IMG/VR virus record: IMGVR_UViG_3300007986_000012
Strand: one strand, 5' to 3'
DNA from: a virus
DNA length: 64,000 nucleotides
Under the pieces are notes generated by a model. It saw only the letters and a list, made by a program, of their open reading frames with translations, had not been told where the DNA came from and made no database searches. Position numbers and translations under genes: made by a program. Below are positions 8,085-17,815 of this stretch, in pieces; position 1 is the stretch's first letter, and each line of letters starts with the position of its first letter.

Positions 8085-11000
8085 TTATGGTATGATATCA
8101 GACGTTAAAATTTCAATAGAGCACAATGTTATTTCACCTGAAAACGCAAATCCAAGAATATCAATATTAGCACCAGTACCTATAATTCCAGATAGTCCGG
8201 TATATTCAAATATCTGGGGAACGCCATCCACCAATTCCATTGCTTGATACCCCGCCCCACCCGATATCGCATCAAAAGTCACTTGTGTGTCACCCGACAC
8301 ACCGCCTGTACCCGATGATGTTAATGTAAATCTAACACCCTGAATGTTAATGTTTTCATATGCAGGATTGATAACTATGTTCATACTATTGAACCCTTCA
8401 AAACTTTTCGTCCAACATGGGTTGGTGTATACCGTTGGGGTCTGTCCGTCACCCGTAGTTGGATCACCAGTCCAATATGTATCAGGCGTAATATCTACCC
8501 AGATTGGTACGGATGCAGCCGACGGGGTTGGGGTGGGTGATAGTATTGGTGTAACACTTGGTGTAACACTTGGTGTAACACTTGGTGTAACACTCACGGT
8601 TGGGGTGGGGGTAGGAGTTGGTGGTGGTGGTACGTCTACAGCACACTCTAATTCACTACCAACCACTTTAACAATTTCCAGCGTCTCACCTTCTAAAATA
8701 GTACCCGCATTTCCAACATCTACGGCCACCCACGAAGTCTTGAAAAAGTCCGGGTGCTTTTTCTTAGCAATCATAGAATTTTCCAGAATCTCAAAAAAGA
8801 TGTCATTGACTTCTTTCACGGTGAACAGAGCATATATCGCTCTGAGTAGCTGTACGTATCCCTCTGGTACCGTTAGATCATAAGATTCGTAGAACGCTTC
8901 TATATCACCAACAGACCATTTTCTGTTCGGTTCAAACAGCACCTGAGTAATAAGTTTTCTTAGGATGTCTCTATCAACTAAAGTTTGCTCTCTACCCAGT
9001 CCAATTCGTGTAGAAGCGCCGCGCACTAATACATCGTATCTGACTCTTTCTTCAGACGGAACCGGGACTCTCTCGTCAATGTTGAACAATTCGTCCACAA
9101 CTTCAAATCCGGTAGTACTTTCAACCACTTTTCTCCAAAGAATAAAATCGATTTTAGAAGTTTGGTTCTTTCTAATAAGTTTCCAATCTACGTGTTTGTT
9201 CTTTTTTTCTAAATCAAGACCCAGATCATCTCTTAATGTAAAATCTTTCCGAAGTCTTAGTACATAATCAGAGTTATTCTTAACGCTGTTTGCCAAACCT
9301 TTGATGATAAGTTGAGAGAATCGCAATGGTAGATTGTTGTCGTCGGGGTCGTAGGTTGCCCCGAACAACACACCATAACCATCACCCTCCTCACGGAATC
9401 CTTCAATAACGGCGTAGGGTTTGGTCATATCTGAGAGTTCACGCTCCGCGTCAAAAAGAGTAAGTGTAGTATTATTCAACAACTTCTGTGATTTGTCACC
9501 TCTAACCCAAAAGTAATACTTTGATTTTATATCACCGCTCACGCGGTCTATGTAGTCTATCTTACTGTGGGGATGTACCCGGATATAATCACCATTATCA
9601 ATTTCCTCTTCGCTAGGGACAACAGCTTCCTTTACCAACGTAATTATTGAATTGTCGGGGATATCAAGCCCGAAGGTTTCTGCTAATGCGAGCGTGGCCA
9701 AAAATACGTCATAGGAAACATAATTAAACCTTAAGGTAAATTTTCCATTAACGTACAGGTCAAGAAATTGTTCAGGTGTGAAATCTTCCAAATCTGACGA
9801 TTCTATCCCGGCCTTGGGGAAACTTCTTACAATGGTTTTTTCTTCTTCCCACCGGGCTTGTCCCGCTCCGGGATTTACTACTTTTTTATAAACCACAGAT
9901 TTTGGATTTCCTGTCAACTTTTCCCCCAGTGGTATATTTTCTAGAGACTGTTTCTCTACTTCGTTAATATAATCCTCTGGTGAGAAATCACTTTCTGTCC
10001 AGCGATACATTTCTATTTCTCCGTAATCTGCTAAATTGCCCCACTTCAGACTGCGCTCTTCTTGATTTGGAAAAATGAATTTGTCGTAGTAAGGAACGTA
10101 TCCTTTTTTGGTTATATCCAGCCAAACTTTTCCTATCTGTTTTTCTTCCCAAAAACTTTCTCTCTTGATAAACGCGCCACTGGAAGAATTAACATCAAAA
10201 TCCAAAGTATACGAGGCTGGATCTTTTTCTAGCTTAAAATCTATTGGATAATTTCCTACTGGGTTTTCTTGTCCAAAAGCCGGGTTCCATATAGGAATAT
10301 CGGCAACCACCCGTTCCTCACGTTTGTTATCTATCAACTTGAAAATGTTAGTACTGTCGTATGAATACCTCAACCCAGTAACAGTAATATTCTGCCACAC
10401 CTCGATGTTTGTAGCAATGAATTCTATGACTAACCCGTTTATAAATCTATAATCCACACCTTCGCTGGCAATGAATTTTTCATCAGAAATTTCATACTCG
10501 ATCTTAGCACCATAAACAGGGACGTTCAATCGTAAAACCGGATTATTGGTAATACTTGTGATCGTTGACGTTTGTATTAGATTTTCAGCATTCGTGAATA
10601 TTTCAGTTTCTTCAACATCTAAGAAATAACCCTTGAACGGCTTCATTAGATCCACAACATCTGGAAGATTTTCCCAACGGTTAAAATCAGTTAGTCGAAT
10701 AGGAATATAGTCCTTTCCGATAGTTCCGCCAGTTGGTGGAACAAATTCAAGTCGAAGTTCCTTTCTAATTACGTCATCCGTATTGAGTTTTATCTCAGGG
10801 TAGGCTTTTTTCTTAGAATCCCCAAACTCACATAGTTTATATGCCCAGAACTCATCAACTGTTACTCCGGTTAATGCACGTTGATTTGTAAAAGCCTCAA
10901 GTGAAAAATTTGTACCCTTGTTTTGTACAAAAGATTTCCAAAATACAAACTGTGACTTTTCGTTAATACCCAAGTTTTCCATATACTGTTTTGGTCCCTG

Positions 11001-14000
11001 ATACCCCACGGACCTTCTGACTGCCTCTGTAGTATCATCACCCCTAATGTTGTTGTATACATCGTAATAGTCTCTTATATCTTGTATCGATTTTTCGATG
11101 TTATCTATTAAGGAGTTGTCACTCAAAACCAAACCCCCCACATGGAGTCTTCCCGTGGGTTCTGTCGGCCTCAGAAAACTTAAAAACACCCTAGGGGTTT
11201 TGATTCCTAAAAAGGGATCATATATTAACTTGTTACCGCTAGTGTACTGATTAAACCTGCAAATGTGCGACACCTCGAAAATAGAATAATCCGCACCCGC
11301 AATCTTATTTTCGCTGTTCTGTGTTAACAAAACGCTTGTTTCTCTGTCATTCCTGAAAAATAATAAATTTTCTAAGTCGATGTATTCTCCATTAACATCC
11401 AAAACATTTTGTCTTTCGAATAACCCGTTTCTGGCCCTCTCAAAACTCGAAGGTAACCCTCTATCGTGGCTCACAACAAAATGGTTGTAATATGGATTGG
11501 TCATCATTTTAGGAAGAACTTTGTCACTTTTGAAAATTTCCAAATACACTTCCCCGGAGCCGGTAGAAAACTCTATAAACCTTCCGGCAGTGGCGTCGTT
11601 TTTGGAATATGCCAACTGAATAGCACCAGACCTAGTAACAATAGCGTAGTATGGTACAAACGCATTAAATGGACTGTTTAATTCTTCCGGCACCGTTCCA
11701 CCCTCACCCGCTTTCAACCTTACGGCCTGTCCAGTCGCCAAGAACTGTCCAGAAGGACTGATAAAAGAGCTAGAATCAACGTTTACCGTTGCAGATATTC
11801 TCGGGGGGAGTTCTTCTGCTCTCTGTATTAGAGTGTCTAGCCACACAATATACTTTTCAATTTCCAAAATCCATTCATTGTCTCTTCCACTGTCTTCGGC
11901 TTTATTGGTCTTGTCAAAAGGAACTGACTTAATACCGCGATCTTCCAGCAGAGCTTCATAACCAAAGAGAATATCTATGAGAGATTGTATTCTGGTTACG
12001 TTTTGAGCTTCAAAGAGGGTTTTAACGAGGCGAGTGTCTGGTTCATGTCTTCTGAATGCATAGTCTATTCTGTTCAACGGTTTAAACGTGTTTGTGACTT
12101 TTCCGACCCAGAAGTTACCAGAACCCGCAGTGGCAAAATTTATAACAGTTCCCAATTTTGCTAGGTCTTCACTCTCTGAAATCTGGAATGTTGTACCGTT
12201 AATCTTTACGATATAATAGGGAATATAATTCAGTAGTTCTCCCGGTAGTACCCCGTCTGTGTTTAAAAATACCTCTTGCCCGGTTTCCCACGGGATTGTT
12301 ATGGTATTTTCTGGGCTTACAATTCCGTCTACGATGTCGTCAGTTATAACAACATCTTCCAAGACTTTAACTAGAGTCTCGTTTCTTCTAAAATCGTATA
12401 TTACGTCGTCAACTGTATACGTCCCACCATAGTTGGTAGAAGAAGAGACCGTTATCTGGTCACCAGCCGAAAACTCTCCCAAAACGTTGCCATAAACATA
12501 GAATATTTTTTTGAACTCGAAATCAGTTATGCCGTCCTCAGACACTAAGCCCGAAGATATTACGGGAAAAAGGCTGTCTAGGCTAATGCTTATTGAAGAA
12601 CCGAGACCCGTGGCCTCGCTGCGGATGATCAAATATCCGTTTTCTAAATCGATAAAGGCACCACTTATTTGATCATTGATACTGGCGATAACGTCACCAA
12701 CTGTCGGAGTATTGGGAGAGAGTGACCCGTCTATGGTGACAACAGTAGACGTTGTGCCGTCGATATCAATAGTAAACTGGTATGGCCCTGCCGTTAACCC
12801 AGTAACATCCGTCAACGCTAAAGGTGAAGAATATATAGCTCTCCAAAAGCCTCTAGGTGAGTCTATTTCTGTGGCCTTGATTTGATACCCACCGGTTGTA
12901 AAAGTATTTGTTCCCACCAATCTAACTTGGTAATTTTGTGGTGGATAATATTCTATAGTTTTCTTCTTTTTAGGACTTTTAATATATGGTTTGAAAACCC
13001 AGTTGCTTGTTTCGTAATGAGTTCTTTCCGTGATTGGGGCTCTTTTTTGGACCGCCCAATTTATCGCGGAGAATGTATTTTCGGTCGAGTTTAGCTGGCG
13101 ATCAATGAATGTCGCATAATCTCTAGCAACTATGTCGATCTGGTCCCCCGAAACACCTAATGTAGTGTCGTTGATCAGAGTGTTAAAAATGTATGCTGCG
13201 TTTACATTCCAACCAATCCATAAATCCCTATAGTCAGAAGATCCCCCGTCTAACTCCAGATATCTATTGTAATTAACGATCCACTGCTGTATACCCGCAG
13301 AATAATAAACCGTGCCATCTTCTCTGTAGTCTCCGTGGAATAGAGTTTTAAAATGTGGATTTATATTTTGGGTTTCTTTGTTAGCAAGCAAGCAATCTAC
13401 TTGTACCAAATCATCACCATAGTTTCTGCTAAAAAATTCTATTGGATCACACAAAAAAGACGCCTTGAGCAAGAAATATAAGTAGCTACTACTATTTTTC
13501 CATTTCCACTCAACTGGACCATCTTGTCCAAAAAGAAAATCCGCATTTGGAGAAGATACATAATTGCCAAGACTCTTGTCGAATAGTGGTTTAAAGCGGG
13601 GGTCTGCCGATAGCGAACCATCCCAATATGGTGGTGCCAGTTCATCACTAGCAATACCCGCCACGGTACTTCCGGTTACGTTAACGGGAGAGTAATCGTA
13701 AATTTGAGTTTCTCCACTGTTGCCAGTAGAAATAGTTCCATTTGGTAATTCTTGTCCGGCTGGGACGACTCCAGTGAATATGTTATCCCACATAGTTTCT
13801 TTCCAGAATCGATCTATTCCTAAATCGTTATTCTTGTATGTGGTCTTCCACCATGTGGGCTCTTCTTCATAACCTTGCAAGATCCAAGGTTCTCGGTGGG
13901 GATATGCTGTTCCATATATTTCTTCATACAATCCCTGCCACGATGCCTTTCCCCTAGCAGAAAAAACTCCGGAAAGTGGATGTGTTGCTATGTCGGTATT

Positions 14001-17000
14001 GGCGTAGTTCCATGTAAAAGCATCCCCGCTCTGGAACGCGGTGTTGTGTAGTGCATCTTCTCCGACCAAACACAAAAATTCGGTCTCTTCAAGATCTCTA
14101 AAACGACTGTTTGTTTTAGTCAACTCTAGATTATAAAATTCGTCTAATGGCTCTCTGTGCTGTCCGGCAGAGTATAACAGAGTTTCCAACTCGTAAAGCA
14201 AATTGGCAATTTGTCCGATCACATCAATCTCGGTCCATGAACCTGATTCTAATTGATACAAAGATATGCTTTTTTCGGAAGAAACCCCCCTAACCAAATA
14301 GTCTCCTTCTGCATAATCTGCTATATCCGGGAAAGCTTCACTGTCTTCGGACACCTTCTGTGTATTTTTGGTTAGTATTCCGTAGAATTTGCTCTTCTGA
14401 GCGTTCGTTATATCTAATGTGAAATATGTGCCATCGTGTCTTTTGACTATCCAGTCTTCACCCCGTTTGAATATAGAAGGTTTAGAAAGCCCCGTCATTC
14501 TCAAAATTGCCGAAGTTGATATTACGTTTTTGATCCCATATCCATCAGCGTAACTAAAAGAATCTCCAAACAAACGATCCCATCTTGTGTTATTTTCGGT
14601 GTAATTTTCGAAGTTTTCTATTAAATCGACTTCTGACATTTCTAAAAAAGTAGAAAGATTTTCTAGATATCGTAATGTCCACCTATAAGTAAGTCGTTCG
14701 TATGCGTCCCCCACAAAATCTAAAGTTTTGGGTATATCAATTTGTTCCCCCAACATCGCAGAGACTAGTAGGTCGAGGTTGCCGTTGTGTTCTTTGATGG
14801 TACCACCCAATCCGAAGTTTGGATTGTTCAAAGCATGAAACACTTCTTCTGGGTTTGTCGAATTGTATTTTGTCGGTTCTTGTGCTAATGTTATAGTTTT
14901 GAAATGTCTAAATAAGTCGGTGAGACTTACTTCCTTTCTAAGCTCATGCTGTATGTTATATTTCCAACTGTTGGGTATGTCCCAGTCACTTTCTATTTTT
15001 TCTGGGACGGATTGTTCATTAAACTCTCCTTTCTTCCAAATAGTTTTAATCTTATTGTCCCTTAAATCTAAATAGCAGCGTAATTTTCCTTCAGAATCCA
15101 CAAGACCGTGTTCAAAAACTAGATCTCGTTCATTCCTCTTGTATTCTGCTCTTAGGTCTAACGTTCTATTCAACTCAAATTCTCCATTTTCTTTAAACCA
15201 GAAAATAGAGTTAGATTCTTCTAGTGGGTTTCCTAGAATATCATATATTTTGAACAAGGGATATTGGTTAGTTTTGGTTTTAGTTTGTTCTATTCTCTTA
15301 TATCGAGACAGGTTATAGATATCTGGTGAATTTCCCGTAGGATCAACCACTACAACGTCTTTTCGACCGATGTCGTGTGTCCAATATTCTCCTAATTCGA
15401 TACGAACTAGCGTGTCCGGGGTGATAACTAGGTCACTATCTAGAACAATAGCCCCAACGTAATTGGTATTGTTGGCGGGAATGTCTGTATGTCTTCCATA
15501 TATTCTTTTTCCGTCGATATACAGACGAAGGTCTCCTTCTTGGTAATCCTCAATCAAACACAAATCCGTAAGAGATTCATCAAGCTCCAACCTAGCTCCA
15601 TTTATTGTAGAAGTAGGGTTGAATTCTTGCCAGTATAGCCCTATTTTGGTTTGGTATTCTTGGAAAACGCTATTTGTCTCTGTCTTAATTTGTATAGCAG
15701 GTCCATCTAGCATGGGGTTTTTTTCGGGCTCTGCACCACTGGCTGTGATATTTTTTATTCCAACAAAAGCCCAGTGAGTAACCAGTGGATCAAAAGTATC
15801 CCCCAAACTGGTACGTTCCGGGTAGATTGTTCCCCCTCCATCAGAAATGTCATCGCCCACGCTGAAGAAATTCTCTACTACCCGGATAACGGATTGATAT
15901 CTTTCACCCGGAGTAAATTGTACAAATTCTACACTGTCAATAGTGTACTGGCCGTCGTTGGTGTTAAATCCAACGAGATTTATATTGTCGCCCTTTGTGA
16001 GAACCGATTCCATATTACCAAATCTGGCCGGTAGTAGTAATTCGTTTGAAGCTAACTGAAAAACTGGGACATTTTCGCTATCTGATTCTTCTATTTTTAT
16101 AGGTCTAATTTCTAAAAGATTGGGTTGGTCTTCAACTTTTTTGTATTGATCTTCAACTGTCTTTCGGTAAGCCCATTCAAATTCAAATTTGGAAAAGTAG
16201 GAAAGCTCTATGTAGTTCTTATATTCTATAATCGGTTGTGTTGCCTGACGACTTTCCGAAAGATTCGTAATTTGGTTTTTGTGTACCCACTTGTTTTCAT
16301 CAGCCCAGTCGTTGCTGTCCGCTCGTAATTTGCTGTTTTCACTTTCGTACAATATAGAAAAAGACCTGACTTTCGTCTTCCACTGTCCGTCAATCCATTG
16401 ATATAAAATGTCAGTGGTCGTATCGAAGAAAAAATCATTTTCTTGGGCATATACATTTGCAGATAGACTATCTTTGACGTATATTTGATAAGAAATATTT
16501 TCGTCTTTGAAAAATTCAACACCGTCAACTAAAAATCTATCAGGGTCACCAAAAACTGCACCTTCGACCCAACTAGATAAATCATGGTCCCCTGTGTTTG
16601 GGCCACTATTTATTTTGATTCCGTACTCGGCACCGACAACAAGCTCTGACGCGGGTCCACCGAAATATTGTATTACTTCGTTTTCGCCAAGTGACAGTAC
16701 GAAGCCCCCATTTGACGAAAAAACTTCCCGACGGTCATACCATACGGGCTCGCCGAGGTCATAGATGTTTATTTCGTCAACCTGCTGTGGCTCTGCCACA
16801 TCTTGAAAATATATGGATTCACTTCTAGCGGCGTATGCATAAGCATGAACAGATACCCGTGTAGGGGAGGTTTGGGGGACAGTTTTAAGCGTGAATACAC
16901 TTTCATTATTGTCTTCGTCAAACTCGTAAGATTGAACCTCGACAAATTCTTGTATACCATCCAAATCCGTATATAAACTTAAAATAAAACCTTCACGAGC

Positions 17001-17756
17001 CCCCGTCAAAAATGACCCGGATACTCGAAGTTCTGTGTTTTCCAAAGAAACAATTTCTCTATCCAAACGAACATACTCATTAAACGAAGTCAGGTTTAGA
17101 GTCCAACCATCAAGACTCAGATAACTACCGTCTGTTTCTTTAACCACAGCTACATATATGTTCTGTTCTACATCGTGGACGATAAAAATTCCAGCACTCT
17201 CAGAGTCGAGGTTAGTTGTTGGGTTAGATGTAATAATGTCAGAGAAAACACCTTTCTTCAACTCGTCGTATTTTGCTTCTGAACGGGTTCTCTGGACTTC
17301 TACTGTGATATAGTTTGGAGTAGTGTTTCTGTCAGTCCAGTAGTAGTCTTGATAATTTATTATCTTATCAATGTTTACAGGAGGTAGAAAATTAAATTGT
17401 AACGCTTTACCCCATTCACCAAAACTCTCAAGGTCCACCCCATCACGTTCTAGGTTTTTAAGGAATTTCTCAAATGTCAAGAACTTGGTTTCCGCACCCA
17501 GAGTTGCACTGATAACCTCTTGGAGTTGGTTCTTCTGCAAATACTCTCTACCTTCTGATATTCTAGACAAAACCGAATTGTCTATTTCTTTTCCAACATA
17601 TCCCGTTACTTCTTCAAAATTCTTTTTTGTGAGGAAGCGGTTTAAGATGTTGTTGGAAATTCCGTTCCAAAGTCGGCTACGAGAATATTCTGGAAGTAAA
17701 GAAGAGGTATCAACTACCTCTCCTTTTTTGTAGTCGGTGATGTGCTTTCGAGACAT
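8085..17756 (-). CDS. Giant (3223 aa) virion protein, probable baseplate wedge/peripheral protein
   Basis: Uninterrupted 9.7-kb ORF between gp6 and gp15 with its own late promoter. Contains repeated small beta modules, an IN-motif module, a Pro/Thr linker and a C-terminal beta domain. Confidence 0.8.
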   Translation of the reverse strand: MSRKHITDYKKGEVVDTSSLLPEYSRSRLWNGISNNILNRFLTKKNFEEVTGYVGKEIDNSVLSRISEGREYLQKNQLQEVISATLGAETKFLTFEKFLKNLERDGVDLESFGEWGKALQFNFLPPVNIDKIINYQDYYWTDRNTTPNYITVEVQRTRSEAKYDELKKGVFSDIITSNPTTNLDSESAGIFIVHDVEQNIYVAVVKETDGSYLSLDGWTLNLTSFNEYVRLDREIVSLENTELRVSGSFLTGAREGFILSLYTDLDGIQEFVEVQSYEFDEDNNESVFTLKTVPQTSPTRVSVHAYAYAARSESIYFQDVAEPQQVDEINIYDLGEPVWYDRREVFSSNGGFVLSLGENEVIQYFGGPASELVVGAEYGIKINSGPNTGDHDLSSWVEGAVFGDPDRFLVDGVEFFKDENISYQIYVKDSLSANVYAQENDFFFDTTTDILYQWIDGQWKTKVRSFSILYESENSKLRADSNDWADENKWVHKNQITNLSESRQATQPIIEYKNYIELSYFSKFEFEWAYRKTVEDQYKKVEDQPNLLEIRPIKIEESDSENVPVFQLASNELLLPARFGNMESVLTKGDNINLVGFNTNDGQYTIDSVEFVQFTPGERYQSVIRVVENFFSVGDDISDGGGTIYPERTSLGDTFDPLVTHWAFVGIKNITASGAEPEKNPMLDGPAIQIKTETNSVFQEYQTKIGLYWQEFNPTSTINGARLELDESLTDLCLIEDYQEGDLRLYIDGKRIYGRHTDIPANNTNYVGAIVLDSDLVITPDTLVRIELGEYWTHDIGRKDVVVVDPTGNSPDIYNLSRYKRIEQTKTKTNQYPLFKIYDILGNPLEESNSIFWFKENGEFELNRTLDLRAEYKRNERDLVFEHGLVDSEGKLRCYLDLRDNKIKTIWKKGEFNEQSVPEKIESDWDIPNSWKYNIQHELRKEVSLTDLFRHFKTITLAQEPTKYNSTNPEEVFHALNNPNFGLGGTIKEHNGNLDLLVSAMLGEQIDIPKTLDFVGDAYERLTYRWTLRYLENLSTFLEMSEVDLIENFENYTENNTRWDRLFGDSFSYADGYGIKNVISTSAILRMTGLSKPSIFKRGEDWIVKRHDGTYFTLDITNAQKSKFYGILTKNTQKVSEDSEAFPDIADYAEGDYLVRGVSSEKSISLYQLESGSWTEIDVIGQIANLLYELETLLYSAGQHREPLDEFYNLELTKTNSRFRDLEETEFLCLVGEDALHNTAFQSGDAFTWNYANTDIATHPLSGVFSARGKASWQGLYEEIYGTAYPHREPWILQGYEEEPTWWKTTYKNNDLGIDRFWKETMWDNIFTGVVPAGQELPNGTISTGNSGETQIYDYSPVNVTGSTVAGIASDELAPPYWDGSLSADPRFKPLFDKSLGNYVSSPNADFLFGQDGPVEWKWKNSSSYLYFLLKASFLCDPIEFFSRNYGDDLVQVDCLLANKETQNINPHFKTLFHGDYREDGTVYYSAGIQQWIVNYNRYLELDGGSSDYRDLWIGWNVNAAYIFNTLINDTTLGVSGDQIDIVARDYATFIDRQLNSTENTFSAINWAVQKRAPITERTHYETSNWVFKPYIKSPKKKKTIEYYPPQNYQVRLVGTNTFTTGGYQIKATEIDSPRGFWRAIYSSPLALTDVTGLTAGPYQFTIDIDGTTSTVVTIDGSLSPNTPTVGDVIASINDQISGAFIDLENGYLIIRSEATGLGSSISISLDSLFPVISSGLVSEDGITDFEFKKIFYVYGNVLGEFSAGDQITVSSSTNYGGTYTVDDVIYDFRRNETLVKVLEDVVITDDIVDGIVSPENTITIPWETGQEVFLNTDGVLPGELLNYIPYYIVKINGTTFQISESEDLAKLGTVINFATAGSGNFWVGKVTNTFKPLNRIDYAFRRHEPDTRLVKTLFEAQNVTRIQSLIDILFGYEALLEDRGIKSVPFDKTNKAEDSGRDNEWILEIEKYIVWLDTLIQRAEELPPRISATVNVDSSSFISPSGQFLATGQAVRLKAGEGGTVPEELNSPFNAFVPYYAIVTRSGAIQLAYSKNDATAGRFIEFSTGSGEVYLEIFKSDKVLPKMMTNPYYNHFVVSHDRGLPSSFERARNGLFERQNVLDVNGEYIDLENLLFFRNDRETSVLLTQNSENKIAGADYSIFEVSHICRFNQYTSGNKLIYDPFLGIKTPRVFLSFLRPTEPTGRLHVGGLVLSDNSLIDNIEKSIQDIRDYYDVYNNIRGDDTTEAVRRSVGYQGPKQYMENLGINEKSQFVFWKSFVQNKGTNFSLEAFTNQRALTGVTVDEFWAYKLCEFGDSKKKAYPEIKLNTDDVIRKELRLEFVPPTGGTIGKDYIPIRLTDFNRWENLPDVVDLMKPFKGYFLDVEETEIFTNAENLIQTSTITSITNNPVLRLNVPVYGAKIEYEISDEKFIASEGVDYRFINGLVIEFIATNIEVWQNITVTGLRYSYDSTNIFKLIDNKREERVVADIPIWNPAFGQENPVGNYPIDFKLEKDPASYTLDFDVNSSSGAFIKRESFWEEKQIGKVWLDITKKGYVPYYDKFIFPNQEERSLKWGNLADYGEIEMYRWTESDFSPEDYINEVEKQSLENIPLGEKLTGNPKSVVYKKVVNPGAGQARWEEEKTIVRSFPKAGIESSDLEDFTPEQFLDLYVNGKFTLRFNYVSYDVFLATLALAETFGLDIPDNSIITLVKEAVVPSEEEIDNGDYIRVHPHSKIDYIDRVSGDIKSKYYFWVRGDKSQKLLNNTTLTLFDAERELSDMTKPYAVIEGFREEGDGYGVLFGATYDPDDNNLPLRFSQLIIKGLANSVKNNSDYVLRLRKDFTLRDDLGLDLEKKNKHVDWKLIRKNQTSKIDFILWRKVVESTTGFEVVDELFNIDERVPVPSEERVRYDVLVRGASTRIGLGREQTLVDRDILRKLITQVLFEPNRKWSVGDIEAFYESYDLTVPEGYVQLLRAIYALFTVKEVNDIFFEILENSMIAKKKHPDFFKTSWVAVDVGNAGTILEGETLEIVKVVGSELECAVDVPPPPTPTPTPTVSVTPSVTPSVTPSVTPILSPTPTPSAASVPIWVDITPDTYWTGDPTTGDGQTPTVYTNPCWTKSFEGFNSMNIVINPAYENINIQGVRFTLTSSGTGGVSGDTQVTFDAISGGAGYQAMELVDGVPQIFEYTGLSGIIGTGANIDILGFAFSGEITLCSIEILTSDIIP
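8547..8594. repeat. 4 x 12-bp perfect tandem repeat (TGGTGTAACACT) encoding (SVTP)4
   Basis: Four exact copies read directly, inside the Pro/Thr linker of the giant protein. Confidence 0.95.
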
Positions 17757-17782
17757 TTAGTAGTACAAATCTTGTTTGGAAA

Positions 17783-17790
17783 TATTTATA
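17783..17790 (-). promoter_or_regulatory. Late promoter TATAAATA
   Basis: Exact motif 27 nt upstream of the giant gene start. Confidence 0.7.
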
Positions 17791-17815
17791 AGTCTCGCAT
17801 TAAATGTGTTTGTGC

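Noticed and set aside
8085-8517. Diversity-generating retroelement target at the giant protein C-terminus
   Set aside because: No reverse transcriptase and no near-identical template repeat differing at adenines in the window
8344-8883. 179-aa plus-strand ORF with VTLG repeats
   Set aside because: Antisense shadow of the SVTP/PT linker in the giant gene; no ribosome-binding site or independent signal
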